The notes under the pieces: model-generated
Told to the model about the DNA's origin: nothing
Database searches by the model: none
What the model saw: only the letters and a program-made list of their open reading frames with translations
NCBI GenBank assembly: GCA_963662795.1
Contig: OY759746.1
Location: 2,816,001 to 2,880,000 of the forward strand
Length of the DNA stretch: 64,000 nt
Reading direction: 5' to 3'
Source of the DNA: Spirochaetia bacterium
GTDB lineage: Bacteria; Spirochaetota; Spirochaetia; CADAEX01
Made by a program: the position numbers and the translations under genes
In this document: positions 29,932 through 39,390 of the stretch, piece by piece
Position numbering within the stretch: position 1 is the stretch's first letter
How the letters are laid out: each line of letters begins with the position of its first letter

Positions 29932-31329
29932 TTAAAAAGAATCAACGATATTTTTAAATGTATCTCCCCTGTCGAATTCATTTTTAAACATACCGAAAGA
30001 TGTGCATCCCGGAGACATTATTACAGTATCTCCTTCTCTGCTTTGTGAAAAAGCCTTTTCAGCTGCCTCTGAAAGGGAATTAAACGGCCCGCACCAGGCG
30101 ATATTATATTTATCCAGAAAAGGGATCATTTTATCGGTCGCGCTTCCTTCCAGCAGATAAATCATTTCTGTCTTTCCGGCAAGCCTTTCCAGAACACTGA
30201 AATCAAGTTTTTTGTCTGTTCCTCCCGATATAAGCCTTACCGGAGATTTAAAGCTTTCAGCAGCTGCTATTACTGCTTCAGGTATTGTAGCTGTTGTATC
30301 ATTATAAAAAGTTATCCCTTTTTTTGTGCAGATATACTCCATTCTGTGGGGTATGCCCCTGAAGGAAGCAAGTTTTTTCTCAATAACTGAAGCTTCAATG
30401 CCGTAAAGGTATGCCGCGGCACCTGAGGCAAGGAGATTCAGCCTGTTATGCCGGCCTTGCATGAGTATATTCTCACCAATAAGCCTCTCTTTTTTCCCGG
30501 CCAGGCGGATAAAACCTTCATCGTTTTTTTCAAGCCATGCGCCGTCCATCCCGACGGGCAGTCTCTCAGCCGAAAAAAAGAGTGCTTTTGCCGGAGTTTC
30601 TGCCGCAAACTTTTTTCCCCACTCATCATCATAAAAGCAGAGAGTATAATCTTTTTTTCCCTGGTCATGGTATATAAGTTTTTTATCGGCTGCGTATTCT
30701 TCCATGCCCATGTACCGGTTCAGGTGATCGGGGAGAATATTGGTTATGACTGAAACTGCCGGTTTCAATACATTTTTACCGGCAAGGTCCGCAAGCTGCC
30801 AGGATGAAAGCTCAAGTACTATCGGACTGCTTTTATCTGTCTCAAGGCTTTCAATAAAGGAAAGAGGAGAGGTTGTGATATTGCCGCCGAGTTTCGCCCC
30901 GGGATGAATTTCCTTTATCACATGGTAAAGGGCTGATACAGTTGTTGATTTTCCCTTGCTTCCTGTTACAGCTATTACAGGATTTGAAGAAAGTGTAAGG
31001 AATATGGAAATATCTGTTTCAATCCTTTTCGCATCCTGAAGCCATGGCGAATCCGCCGGCACTGCCGGATTTTTAATTACGATATCCGCCCCGGTAAAAT
31101 CCTCTCTCACATGTTTTTCAAGCACATATCTGATATTGTATCCGGAAAGCTTATCAATTGTGGCTTTCAGTATTTCCCTGCTTCTTAAGTCAGTTACAGT
31201 TACATCCGCGCCTCTTGAAGCGAAGAATTCCGCGGACGCAAAACCACCGCCGTTAAGTCCAAGTCCCATTACAGTAACTTTAAGTTCCCTTATCTCTTTA
31301 TTAAGGAAAATATCAGATTTTAAGTTCAT
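29932..31329 (-). CDS. murD: UDP-N-acetylmuramoyl-L-alanine--D-glutamate ligase
   Basis: VMGLG..G.G, AVTGSKGKSTT, GGNI, LELSSWQL, PDHLNRY, PHRME, YNDTTAT, GG.DK, SPGCTSFGMFKNEFDRG. Confidence 0.95.
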   Translation of the reverse strand: MNLKSDIFLNKEIRELKVTVMGLGLNGGGFASAEFFASRGADVTVTDLRSREILKATIDKLSGYNIRYVLEKHVREDFTGADIVIKNPAVPADSPWLQDAKRIETDISIFLTLSSNPVIAVTGSKGKSTTVSALYHVIKEIHPGAKLGGNITTSPLSFIESLETDKSSPIVLELSSWQLADLAGKNVLKPAVSVITNILPDHLNRYMGMEEYAADKKLIYHDQGKKDYTLCFYDDEWGKKFAAETPAKALFFSAERLPVGMDGAWLEKNDEGFIRLAGKKERLIGENILMQGRHNRLNLLASGAAAYLYGIEASVIEKKLASFRGIPHRMEYICTKKGITFYNDTTATIPEAVIAAAESFKSPVRLISGGTDKKLDFSVLERLAGKTEMIYLLEGSATDKMIPFLDKYNIAWCGPFNSLSEAAEKAFSQSREGDTVIMSPGCTSFGMFKNEFDRGDTFKNIVDSF

Positions 31330-32257
31330 ATTCTTTCATTCCACGGTTGTTTAAATATCTTCGTATTTCGAGGGATTTAAAATCCTGATACCACTCGCTG
31401 TTGATTTTTTTCTTCAATTTTTTGTAAAGTTCCATTTCAGGAGAAAAAGTGGAAATTTTAAATTCTTCTTCAATATCTCTCATATAAGGCTCAAGAAAAT
31501 TAAATGATCTGTCAAGTATCTTTATATTTTTTATCCTTGCATCCGGAGAGAAAGTCATCGGAACATGGGATATTGTCCGGTATTTACAGACAAACGGGTA
31601 ATAAGGGTATGAGAGAAAATCATCCTGAAGAAAAAGCTTTGTAAAAAACCTTGTCAGTTCGCTGTCCATCCAGATACCCTGTATAAAATATCCTCTCCCT
31701 GTTTCACCTATCCATGTCTGCGAAATTGACTGTTTTATAATAAAATCCAGCCTGCCGTATTCCTTTTCAACAACTTTTTCTACAGGCAGTATATTGACAT
31801 CAAGAAACAGATTCTGCGTGGTAAATGTATGGGTTATATCGTTTCCCCCCATTTCGCTGATCTCGCAGTCGTGAGGCTTGAAGGAAAGATCAAGCCTCAC
31901 AAGATAAAGATAATCACGCCCTTCAATATTATAAGATTTATAGAAAACCGGCCGAAGAAGTTCTGCCGGATCGAAGTAGTACTTTGTATCCTTCAATATT
32001 GCGGCAAGGTCGGGAATAATCTGCTCCATAATCGCAACAAGTTTGCCTGTATAGCCGTTTTCCGGCTGAGGGTTGTCGAAATTATGATGAATTTTAAAAT
32101 AAGGTATTGTAACAGATTCTTTAATTTTTAAAAAAAAATCCTCATTCTGTGAAAAATGCATGGTATATGACGGTTCACGCTCTTTACATTTTTTAATAAT
32201 TCCATTAATTTCATTATCAGTATGACAGATTGAAATTACATTTAAGATCTGATCCAT
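31313..32257 (-). CDS. Hypothetical protein overlapping the murD start
   Basis: 314-aa ORF from MDQILN. The longer track start overlaps the bS22-like gene on the other strand. TTGAAA-N17-TATATT lies 9 nt upstream of the ATG at 32257. Confidence 0.7.
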   Translation of the reverse strand: MDQILNVISICHTDNEINGIIKKCKEREPSYTMHFSQNEDFFLKIKESVTIPYFKIHHNFDNPQPENGYTGKLVAIMEQIIPDLAAILKDTKYYFDPAELLRPVFYKSYNIEGRDYLYLVRLDLSFKPHDCEISEMGGNDITHTFTTQNLFLDVNILPVEKVVEKEYGRLDFIIKQSISQTWIGETGRGYFIQGIWMDSELTRFFTKLFLQDDFLSYPYYPFVCKYRTISHVPMTFSPDARIKNIKILDRSFNFLEPYMRDIEEEFKISTFSPEMELYKKLKKKINSEWYQDFKSLEIRRYLNNRGMKEYELKI

Positions 32258-32315
32258 ATTGATTTTAATATATACTTTAATTGTTAATCTTTCAACATCA
32301 TTTAAAATTATGGGG

Positions 32316-32344
32316 TTGACTCTGTTTTGATGCATTTGCATAAT
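32316..32344 (+). promoter_or_regulatory. sigma70 promoter of the bS22-like gene
   Basis: TTGACT-N17-CATAAT. Confidence 0.65.
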
Positions 32345-32382
32345 GGTTGTTAGATTGGAATTGATAAATAAGGAGAGCTGCT

Positions 32383-32475
32383 GTGCCTTGCGGAAGAAAG
32401 AGAAAAAGACATAAAATTGCAACTCATAAAAGAAAGAAAAAACTCAGAAAGAACAGACACAAGAACAAAAAATAA
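32383..32475 (+). CDS. 30-aa basic small ribosomal subunit protein, bS22-like (AURKAIP1/COX24 domain family)
   Basis: GTG start 7 nt after AGGAG; translates MPCGRKRKRHKIATHKRKKKLRKNRHKNKK*. Has its own promoter and downstream hairpins. Absent from the ORF track. Confidence 0.88.
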   Translation: MPCGRKRKRHKIATHKRKKKLRKNRHKNKK

Positions 32476-32518
32476 ATCTGTTTACTCGACTGACAAGCAG
32501 TTTTCTTGTCTATTAAAG

Positions 32519-32572
32519 CCCCGGAATGATATTATAAGCTATGTATTATAATCTCTTTTCGGGGTATTTTTA
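32519..32572 (+). terminator. Probable terminator after the bS22-like gene
   Basis: CCCCGGAA ... TTCGGGG arms followed by TATTTTT. Confidence 0.5.
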
Positions 32573-32700
32573 TTTGAACTGTGATGCTGTTTTCAAGCCG
32601 GCAGGTTTAAGTAGAATCAGATGAATTACGCTATACCGGGGCAGATAAAAGCAGCAGGATTCTTTCTGGTACAGATGAAAAATAGTTCAGGGGACATAAA

Positions 32701-34599
32701 TTGGATAAATCGATTTTAGAGGCAGTTAACCTTCCTGAAGATCTGAAAACTCTTTCAGTAAAGGAGTTAAAAAAACTGTCAGGTGAAATAAGAAATAAAA
32801 TAATTGAAGTTGTAAGTGCAAACGGGGGGCATCTTGCGTCGAACCTCGGTGTAGTGGAGCTTACAATTGCCCTTCACAGGGTATTCAAATCTCCGGTTGA
32901 TAAAATAATCTGGGATGTCGGCCATCAGTGTTATGCCCATAAAATACTTACCGGGCGGAAAGAGCAGTTTCATACCGTAAGGCAGTCCGGGGGGCTAAGC
33001 GGTTTTCCCAAAAGATCTGAAAGCATTCACGACCCGTTCAATACAGGCCACTCATCGACCTCCATTTCGGCCGGCCTCGGCCTTCTTACGGGGATGAATA
33101 TGCAGAACATCCCGGGTAAGGTGATTGCTGTAATCGGAGACGGCTCGATGACTGGCGGAATCGCTTTTGAAGCCATCAATCATGCCGGGCATCTGGGAAA
33201 AGAGCTGATTGTTGTCCTTAATGACAACAATATGTCAATAAGCGCAAATGTCGGGGCACTGTCGCTTTATTTAAGCAGGCTTACAACAACCCTGTTTTAT
33301 CAGACATTTAAAAGAAATTTTGACAATATTATAAAAAAAATCCCGCTGATAGGCGGTTTTTTAAATGATTCCATTGTCAGGTGCAAGAAAGGGGTAAAAG
33401 CGGTTTTTTTCAGGGAAAACCTTTTCTCTGATCTTGGATTTGAGTATGTAGGGCCTATTGACGGGCACAACATGGGGCAGCTGATAAATGTGCTTGAGAG
33501 TGTAAAAAAGATATCCAAACCGGTTGTAATTCATGTTTCCACTGTAAAAGGGAAGGGGTATGAACAGGCTGAAGGCGACCCTACCTTTTACCACGGCGTT
33601 TCTCCTTTTTCTTTGGTAGACGGAAAGGTGGAGAAGAAAAGCAGAATTACCTATACTGAAGCATTTTCATCCTCCCTCATTGAGTATGCCGGGAAGGATA
33701 AGAGGATCGTCGCTATTACTGCGGCAATGGCCGAAGGTACCGGGCTTAAAAATTTCAAGCTTAAATATCCGGATCGGTTTTTTGATGTCGGAATTACAGA
33801 ACAGCATGCCGTAACGTTTGCGGCAGGCCTTGCAGCATCCGGTATGAAGCCGGTCGTTGCAATATATTCAACATTTATGCAGAGAGCGGTAGATCAGGTA
33901 ATTCATGATACAGCGCTTCAGTCTCTGCCTGTGATATTTATTGTTGACAGGGCAGGTCTTATTGAAAACGACGGTGAGACGCATCAGGGTATTTTTGATA
34001 TTTCACTTTTCCGGAGTATCCCCAATCTTGAATTGCTTTCTCCCTATGATCAGGCTGATATGGGCAGGATGCTTGAATATGCCCTTAAATCTGAAAAACC
34101 TGTCATGATAAGGTTTCCCAAGGATATTGCTCCTGATCCGGTAGGCGGGTCTCACGAAGTGACTACAGGAAAGGGCCGTTTCCTGTATAAAAACACCTCG
34201 GAAATACTTTTAATTGGACATGGCGGAATACTTTCCTCTATCAGTGAGGCAGGTTTTCTCCTGAGCAGGAAAGGGATAGAAAATGATATTTATAATCTTT
34301 GTTTTTTAAAACCTCTTGATGAAGACTATCTGTGTGAACTGATTTCCGGTTACAGAAAGGTTTACCTGTTTGAGGATAATACAGAAATCAACGGAACAGG
34401 TGAGCATCTCGCATCACTTTTATACAGGAGAAAGATAAAAACAGAATTCCTGTACAGGGGTATTGGTGATTATTTCCCTGAGCATGGCTCAAGAAAGGAG
34501 CTGATTAAAAGCTGCAGGCTTGATGCGCAGAGTATCTTTGATTTTATTGTTGAGGGTGAAAATGCTTCCGGAAAAAATAAAGCTGCCAAAAAAATTTGA
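32701..34599 (+). CDS. dxs: 1-deoxy-D-xylulose-5-phosphate synthase
   Basis: GGHLASNLGVVELT, WDVGHQCYAHK, GHSSTSIS, GDGSMTGG...LNDN, YVGPIDGH, DVGITEQHA, DGETHQG. Confidence 0.97.
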   Translation: MDKSILEAVNLPEDLKTLSVKELKKLSGEIRNKIIEVVSANGGHLASNLGVVELTIALHRVFKSPVDKIIWDVGHQCYAHKILTGRKEQFHTVRQSGGLSGFPKRSESIHDPFNTGHSSTSISAGLGLLTGMNMQNIPGKVIAVIGDGSMTGGIAFEAINHAGHLGKELIVVLNDNNMSISANVGALSLYLSRLTTTLFYQTFKRNFDNIIKKIPLIGGFLNDSIVRCKKGVKAVFFRENLFSDLGFEYVGPIDGHNMGQLINVLESVKKISKPVVIHVSTVKGKGYEQAEGDPTFYHGVSPFSLVDGKVEKKSRITYTEAFSSSLIEYAGKDKRIVAITAAMAEGTGLKNFKLKYPDRFFDVGITEQHAVTFAAGLAASGMKPVVAIYSTFMQRAVDQVIHDTALQSLPVIFIVDRAGLIENDGETHQGIFDISLFRSIPNLELLSPYDQADMGRMLEYALKSEKPVMIRFPKDIAPDPVGGSHEVTTGKGRFLYKNTSEILLIGHGGILSSISEAGFLLSRKGIENDIYNLCFLKPLDEDYLCELISGYRKVYLFEDNTEINGTGEHLASLLYRRKIKTEFLYRGIGDYFPEHGSRKELIKSCRLDAQSIFDFIVEGENASGKNKAAKKI

Positions 34600-35545
34600 C
34601 AGTGATGAACTTATTCCTCCCAATATGGATTATCCCTATTTTGAAAGGGTAAGACATACCGGATTTTTGTATGAAGAAGATGAATTCTCACTTGAAAACG
34701 CATGTTTTCTCTCTGAGTCTGCGTTGCTTGCCTATTGCCACCCTTCCTTTGTAAAATATGCTTTTTATTATGCAGGCCTTTATGACTACCGTCCGTTTAT
34801 CGGAAAGAAGGTTGCCAGGTGTTTTACTGCCGGCTGCAGCGATTATCTTGTAGTATCATTCCGCGGCACAGAGATGAAAGGATTAAGATCTGTTCCCGGG
34901 TTTATTGCTGATCTGAAAATAGCAATGAAAAAGGAGAAAAGCGGCGGTCTTGTTCATTCAGGTTTCAGGGAAGTGCTGGATGAGATATGGGAAGGGGAAG
35001 ATATGCTTTACCGGTATCTCTCTGACGGGAAAAATAAAAATCCTCACCTTCGGATTTTTTTTACCGGTCACAGCCTCGGCGGCGCGCTTGCTTTAATTGC
35101 CGCATCAAGGTTTCCGGATGCAGACTGTGTTTATACCTACGGATGCCCAAGGGCAGGCAACAGGGTTTTTGCCGACTCAATTAAATCGAGGGTGTACAGG
35201 ATTGTAAACAATAATGATATTGTTACTACCGTTCCTTCAAAAAAAATACTTTTTGCCAAAACAGGCGAGGAATATACCCACAAGGGAATGCTCAAATTCA
35301 TTGATGAAAAAGGGAAATTGAAGGATAAAATACTGAATAAATTTGCAGCAGACAATGGAATTAAGGAAAAGGAAATATTTCTGACACTTGGGGTTGAGGA
35401 ACTATTAATATATCTTGGAAAAACAAGAAGAATGGACTTTTTTGATCATTCCCCGTTTTATTATGCTGCAAAACTCTGGAATGCATATAGAGAAATAAAC
35501 CGGGGCGGGTCCGGAAAGTCTTCTCAGCCTCTCCAGAGTCCCTGA
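34562..35545 (+). CDS. Class 3 lipase family protein
   Basis: VSFRGT, VHSGF, TGHSLGG nucleophile elbow, YTYGCPRAGN, RIVNNNDIV..VP, DH. ATG at 34562 follows GAGGGTG and lies inside the dxs 3' end. Confidence 0.85.
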   Translation: MLPEKIKLPKKFDSDELIPPNMDYPYFERVRHTGFLYEEDEFSLENACFLSESALLAYCHPSFVKYAFYYAGLYDYRPFIGKKVARCFTAGCSDYLVVSFRGTEMKGLRSVPGFIADLKIAMKKEKSGGLVHSGFREVLDEIWEGEDMLYRYLSDGKNKNPHLRIFFTGHSLGGALALIAASRFPDADCVYTYGCPRAGNRVFADSIKSRVYRIVNNNDIVTTVPSKKILFAKTGEEYTHKGMLKFIDEKGKLKDKILNKFAADNGIKEKEIFLTLGVEELLIYLGKTRRMDFFDHSPFYYAAKLWNAYREINRGGSGKSSQPLQSP

Positions 35546-36825
35546 CCAGGGTTGGAAATATAGTAGATTTCTTCCCCTTTTAGATTATTAAATCCTTCTT
35601 CAAGATTGGAAGGATTATATTGATCCGGCACTCTTTCCGGTGCGGTATAATCATATCCTGACTTCAATACCTCTTCCTTCCCGATTTTCCCCGGGCACCA
35701 TGTTATTTTGAATCTGCCTTCGGATGAACCGTGTATCAGGTGGGCGGCAGCTGACAGGTTTTCCTTTAAATCATTATTGGCTTCAACTGCTTTTGTTATA
35801 GCCTCTTTTCCCATGTATCCGTATTTGCGGATTATTGAATCAAGTGTTTTATCCTCTCCGAACATGCTGACCTGTGGTGCAACTATCAGCAGCTCCCCTC
35901 CGTCAGCGGCCGCGAGTCTGCTCCGGTATATTGCCTTGTTGCCTATCCACATGCTTTTTATGTTGTTATCAAGTGAAACAACTATTTTTGCGGGTTTTTT
36001 CCTGAGAGTGAATATATTTTCCTTTTCAGAGGCCTTGCATGCCCTCTGGTAACAATCTTTGCCATAGCCCGCAAAAATACCTTTAATCCCGTACATTCTG
36101 CCGTTTACAGAACCTCTTTTGCCTTCGGGTCCGCCTTTGCCGCCGCCCGGGTTTTCACTGCCGCTGCCGCATACCGTAAGGATATAAAATATGTCCCTGT
36201 CCGGAAGAAAATTATTTTCCGCATAGTCGAATAAATCGCGGACAGGGTTTTCGCTCCTGCCCATAATATTTTCCATTCCATAAACCGCACTCAGGTAGTG
36301 CGAAAGGTTGATTATCTCACTTCCCCCTGTCCCTATAATAATATTCTTGTTGTGATTTGCCATTCCGGCTACTTCATGCGGAACTACCTGTCCTATAGAA
36401 ACAATGGATGAATATTCAGAACTTAACACTTCATTATTAAGCCACACTGGAATTGAATATCCGCATATACCTGTTTTCTCCCTGATAAAATCCTCAGGAA
36501 TTGTTCCCGCATGGCAAAGATCCTTTTTCCAGTCATGTATTGCAAAAAGACTATCCGGTATCTCTCCGAACATTGTCTTCTTTTCCTGATTGGTCATGGG
36601 GCTGTGGGTTCCTGTCGCGGGAATGATCTTTTTAATCCTGCTTCCTGTCCCGGAATTATAGAGCATCTGTGAAAGCATGCCGGCACCGGATGAAAAACGG
36701 GAGATATCAGGGGGCAGAAGAAGTATATTACCCTTTTTTTTAAGTACCCTTGTGATTTTTTCCATGAACGCCGATATTTCAGATTTATCAAGAAGATCGG
36801 CACTGTTGTAAATTTCCAGGGTCAT
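35524..36825 (-). CDS. LarA-superfamily nickel-pincer racemase/epimerase (GntE sugar-acid 2-epimerase-like)
   Basis: LLPPDISR, ATGTH, HDW, GQVVPHEVAGMANHNKN, W.GNKAIYR, AAHLIHGSSEGRF. Confidence 0.8.
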   Translation of the reverse strand: MTLEIYNSADLLDKSEISAFMEKITRVLKKKGNILLLPPDISRFSSGAGMLSQMLYNSGTGSRIKKIIPATGTHSPMTNQEKKTMFGEIPDSLFAIHDWKKDLCHAGTIPEDFIREKTGICGYSIPVWLNNEVLSSEYSSIVSIGQVVPHEVAGMANHNKNIIIGTGGSEIINLSHYLSAVYGMENIMGRSENPVRDLFDYAENNFLPDRDIFYILTVCGSGSENPGGGKGGPEGKRGSVNGRMYGIKGIFAGYGKDCYQRACKASEKENIFTLRKKPAKIVVSLDNNIKSMWIGNKAIYRSRLAAADGGELLIVAPQVSMFGEDKTLDSIIRKYGYMGKEAITKAVEANNDLKENLSAAAHLIHGSSEGRFKITWCPGKIGKEEVLKSGYDYTAPERVPDQYNPSNLEEGFNNLKGEEIYYISNPGQGLWRG

Positions 36826-36911
36826 TATGTTTCCTACTCAGTAATAATTACATTATTCTGGACATAATGATTGAAAAAAAACAATAGTTAATATACTATA
36901 TTTGTGAATAA

Positions 36912-37100
<189 letters not shown>

Positions 37101-37145
37101 TGCCCTGACTGCCGGCACTGTTAATATCCGGTGCCTTTAAAATAT

Positions 37146-37197
37146 AAGCTGCCCTGCTGCTGCGCTTAGGTGTATGGAGAGCCGGCAGCTTTTTTTT
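37146..37197 (+). terminator. Terminator after the ferredoxin gene
   Basis: AAGCTGCC ... GGCAGCTT followed by a T run. Confidence 0.65.
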
Positions 37198-37260
37198 GCG
37201 CTCCTGCATGTTCTTAAACCATGTATGAGTGCCGCACCTGAGCCGCAACTGCTTCTGATT

Positions 37261-38766
37261 CTACTGCCAGACCCCGTTCAGGTTTTTCATTCCCATTTCT
37301 GATTTTAGAATATTCTGAAGACCCATGTTCATTTTTATGGAAACACCATTCATCACATCTTCAGGATTGTCATCAAAAAATTCTGCAATTTTCCCCGGGC
37401 GGCTTATTAATAGATTTTCCATAAAAAGCTTGGAGGCAAGAAATCGTTTATACTTGTCAACGCCGAAAATCAAAAAATCATCAAGAATCCCGATTACTTC
37501 CCATGTTGTCTGCTCTGCCTGTGAATATCTGCCTGCATCCTTTTCCTGGTCGCTGATCCTGAGCGGAAGACTTTCAATTATTCTGTCGATATTGTTTATC
37601 AGATATTCGAGATTAAAAAGGCCAGTTGCGCAGTTAAAAAGAATCAGTTCCCCCTGCTTTTCCCTGTTTTCAACATCCTTGACCGAAATTGCAGGCCCGA
37701 TATCTACACAGTTGATCCTTTCTCTCTCATCGTAAACAAGGATTCCCCCTTTAACATCAACCGGTGTCTTGAAGGAAAAATCGAAAGCCGCCTGTTTGCC
37801 GGACAGGGCAAGGACTGCCACTTCAGCGAAATCAATATTGAACCCTATATTGTCTACATTGCCCAGATAAACAAACCGCTTGCCCTCATCATATAACTTC
37901 CTGTAAACATCTTTTAAAACCTGGAAATTCTGGCCATGCCCCCCCGGCAGCGGTATCATCTCTCCCTTTTTCCCCCATGCGTTTGTAAAGAAATCTCTTT
38001 TTTTCCCTTCCGATGAGTGGGTGAAAGCAGGGATCATCGGCTGTATCCCTGTAAGGGGTGAAGTCAGGTCTGCTCCGGTTTCTTCGATGAGTTTTTCAAG
38101 CAGAGGGCTTTCCCCGTATTCCTTAAATCTTTTTTCTATCAGCGTATTATTGCTGCAGCTTGTCATCTGGAACAGGTGGTGCGAGAAATCCGCATTTCCC
38201 ACATTCTCCCGGTATTTTTTTATCTTTAGAAGGATTGATCTCATTTTCAGTTCTGTAAAACTGTGTCCTTCCGAATAGTCCCTGTTGATGTAAGCCGGCG
38301 CCAGCCCTTTGGGAGAGTTTCTGTATTTATCTGAAAATTTGTCGAATAATCCCTTGCAGCACCTGAACAGCGGTCTGTTGAATGATTCATTTCGGAGGTA
38401 ATCTATGTAACTTGTCGCAGATCCGCCGTTTAATATGCCAAGCGATGTGAACGGAAGAAGGTGGAGTCCGATTTCTTCAAGTTCTTCCCTGTTAAGTATA
38501 AGTTTGCCGTTTTTTGATTTTTGATCCGGGATTGTTATTGTGTCTGTAAGATTTTCAAGATTCTTTCTTGCAGTTTCAAAGCTTCCTTCCCATCTTATAG
38601 TGCCTGATATATCTACAATTGTTTTTCCGTCAAAAGAAGGGATCCCTTTTACCGCAACTGGTTCGCTGTTTCTGAAATCAGGATTATTAATTATTTCAAG
38701 CAGATGCTCTGACATCTGCGGGTCGATATTGTTTTTAAGCATAACGGAGATTAGATTTTCATCCAT
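37261..38766 (-). CDS. UDPGP-family (PF01704-like) UTP:sugar-1-phosphate uridylyltransferase
   Basis: LNGGSATSY, PKG, FQMTS, PGGHG, GNVDN, DVKGG, FNCAT, RFLASK. Confidence 0.8.
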   Translation of the reverse strand: MDENLISVMLKNNIDPQMSEHLLEIINNPDFRNSEPVAVKGIPSFDGKTIVDISGTIRWEGSFETARKNLENLTDTITIPDQKSKNGKLILNREELEEIGLHLLPFTSLGILNGGSATSYIDYLRNESFNRPLFRCCKGLFDKFSDKYRNSPKGLAPAYINRDYSEGHSFTELKMRSILLKIKKYRENVGNADFSHHLFQMTSCSNNTLIEKRFKEYGESPLLEKLIEETGADLTSPLTGIQPMIPAFTHSSEGKKRDFFTNAWGKKGEMIPLPGGHGQNFQVLKDVYRKLYDEGKRFVYLGNVDNIGFNIDFAEVAVLALSGKQAAFDFSFKTPVDVKGGILVYDERERINCVDIGPAISVKDVENREKQGELILFNCATGLFNLEYLINNIDRIIESLPLRISDQEKDAGRYSQAEQTTWEVIGILDDFLIFGVDKYKRFLASKLFMENLLISRPGKIAEFFDDNPEDVMNGVSIKMNMGLQNILKSEMGMKNLNGVWQ

Positions 38767-38839
38767 TTTGTTTCACCTTTGCGCATTATCAATATAGTTT
38801 CAATATGGGAATTCATGATAATGATGAATAGGGTAAAAG

Positions 38840-39316
38840 TCAATCTTGATGAATTTCTTCATTCATGAAGAGAAAATGGAGTTCTTCTTTTGATATCTGG
38901 GTATCAGGCTGGTATAAAAATTGTTTTCTTCCCAGTTTTTTCTGTATTTCCTGGGAGCTGATTTTATATAATTCAAGAATTTCCTTGAAGTCTTCAGTAA
39001 AAGGTTCAAACATTACAGACTGTTTGTATTTATATTTTTTTATATTTTCAAGAAGCATGATTGCACTATCCTTGACGCTTTTTATCCTTTTAATTATGTG
39101 GACAAAATCGTTTTCCGTTATTGTAATTCTGCCAAGGTTTCTCTCTATTCTGGTCAATGTATTGTTTATAAAAAAAATATCCTCAATGCACTTGTTTCTG
39201 TAAAGATTTGTATCAATATCAGAATCAAGTGTATCGTTTATAAACGCGATCATTCTTATCAGAATATCAAGGTCCGCCATTATTGTTTTTTGTTCATCAG
39301 GAATAGTTATAATCAT
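38840..39316 (-). CDS. Hypothetical helical protein
   Basis: 158-aa ORF filling the gap, ATG start, no recognisable motif. Confidence 0.65.
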   Translation of the reverse strand: MIITIPDEQKTIMADLDILIRMIAFINDTLDSDIDTNLYRNKCIEDIFFINNTLTRIERNLGRITITENDFVHIIKRIKSVKDSAIMLLENIKKYKYKQSVMFEPFTEDFKEILELYKISSQEIQKKLGRKQFLYQPDTQISKEELHFLFMNEEIHQD

Positions 39317-39390
39317 AATATCTCTGTTATTTTCTTCGGAATAAAATGAATTGTACTTGATAATATATCCTTTTCAGATAAATATTATTT

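Noticed and set aside
32258-32422. N-terminal extension of the 369-aa ORF in the track
   Set aside because: It overlaps the bS22-like gene and its promoter on the other strand; a good promoter sits just before ATG 32257.
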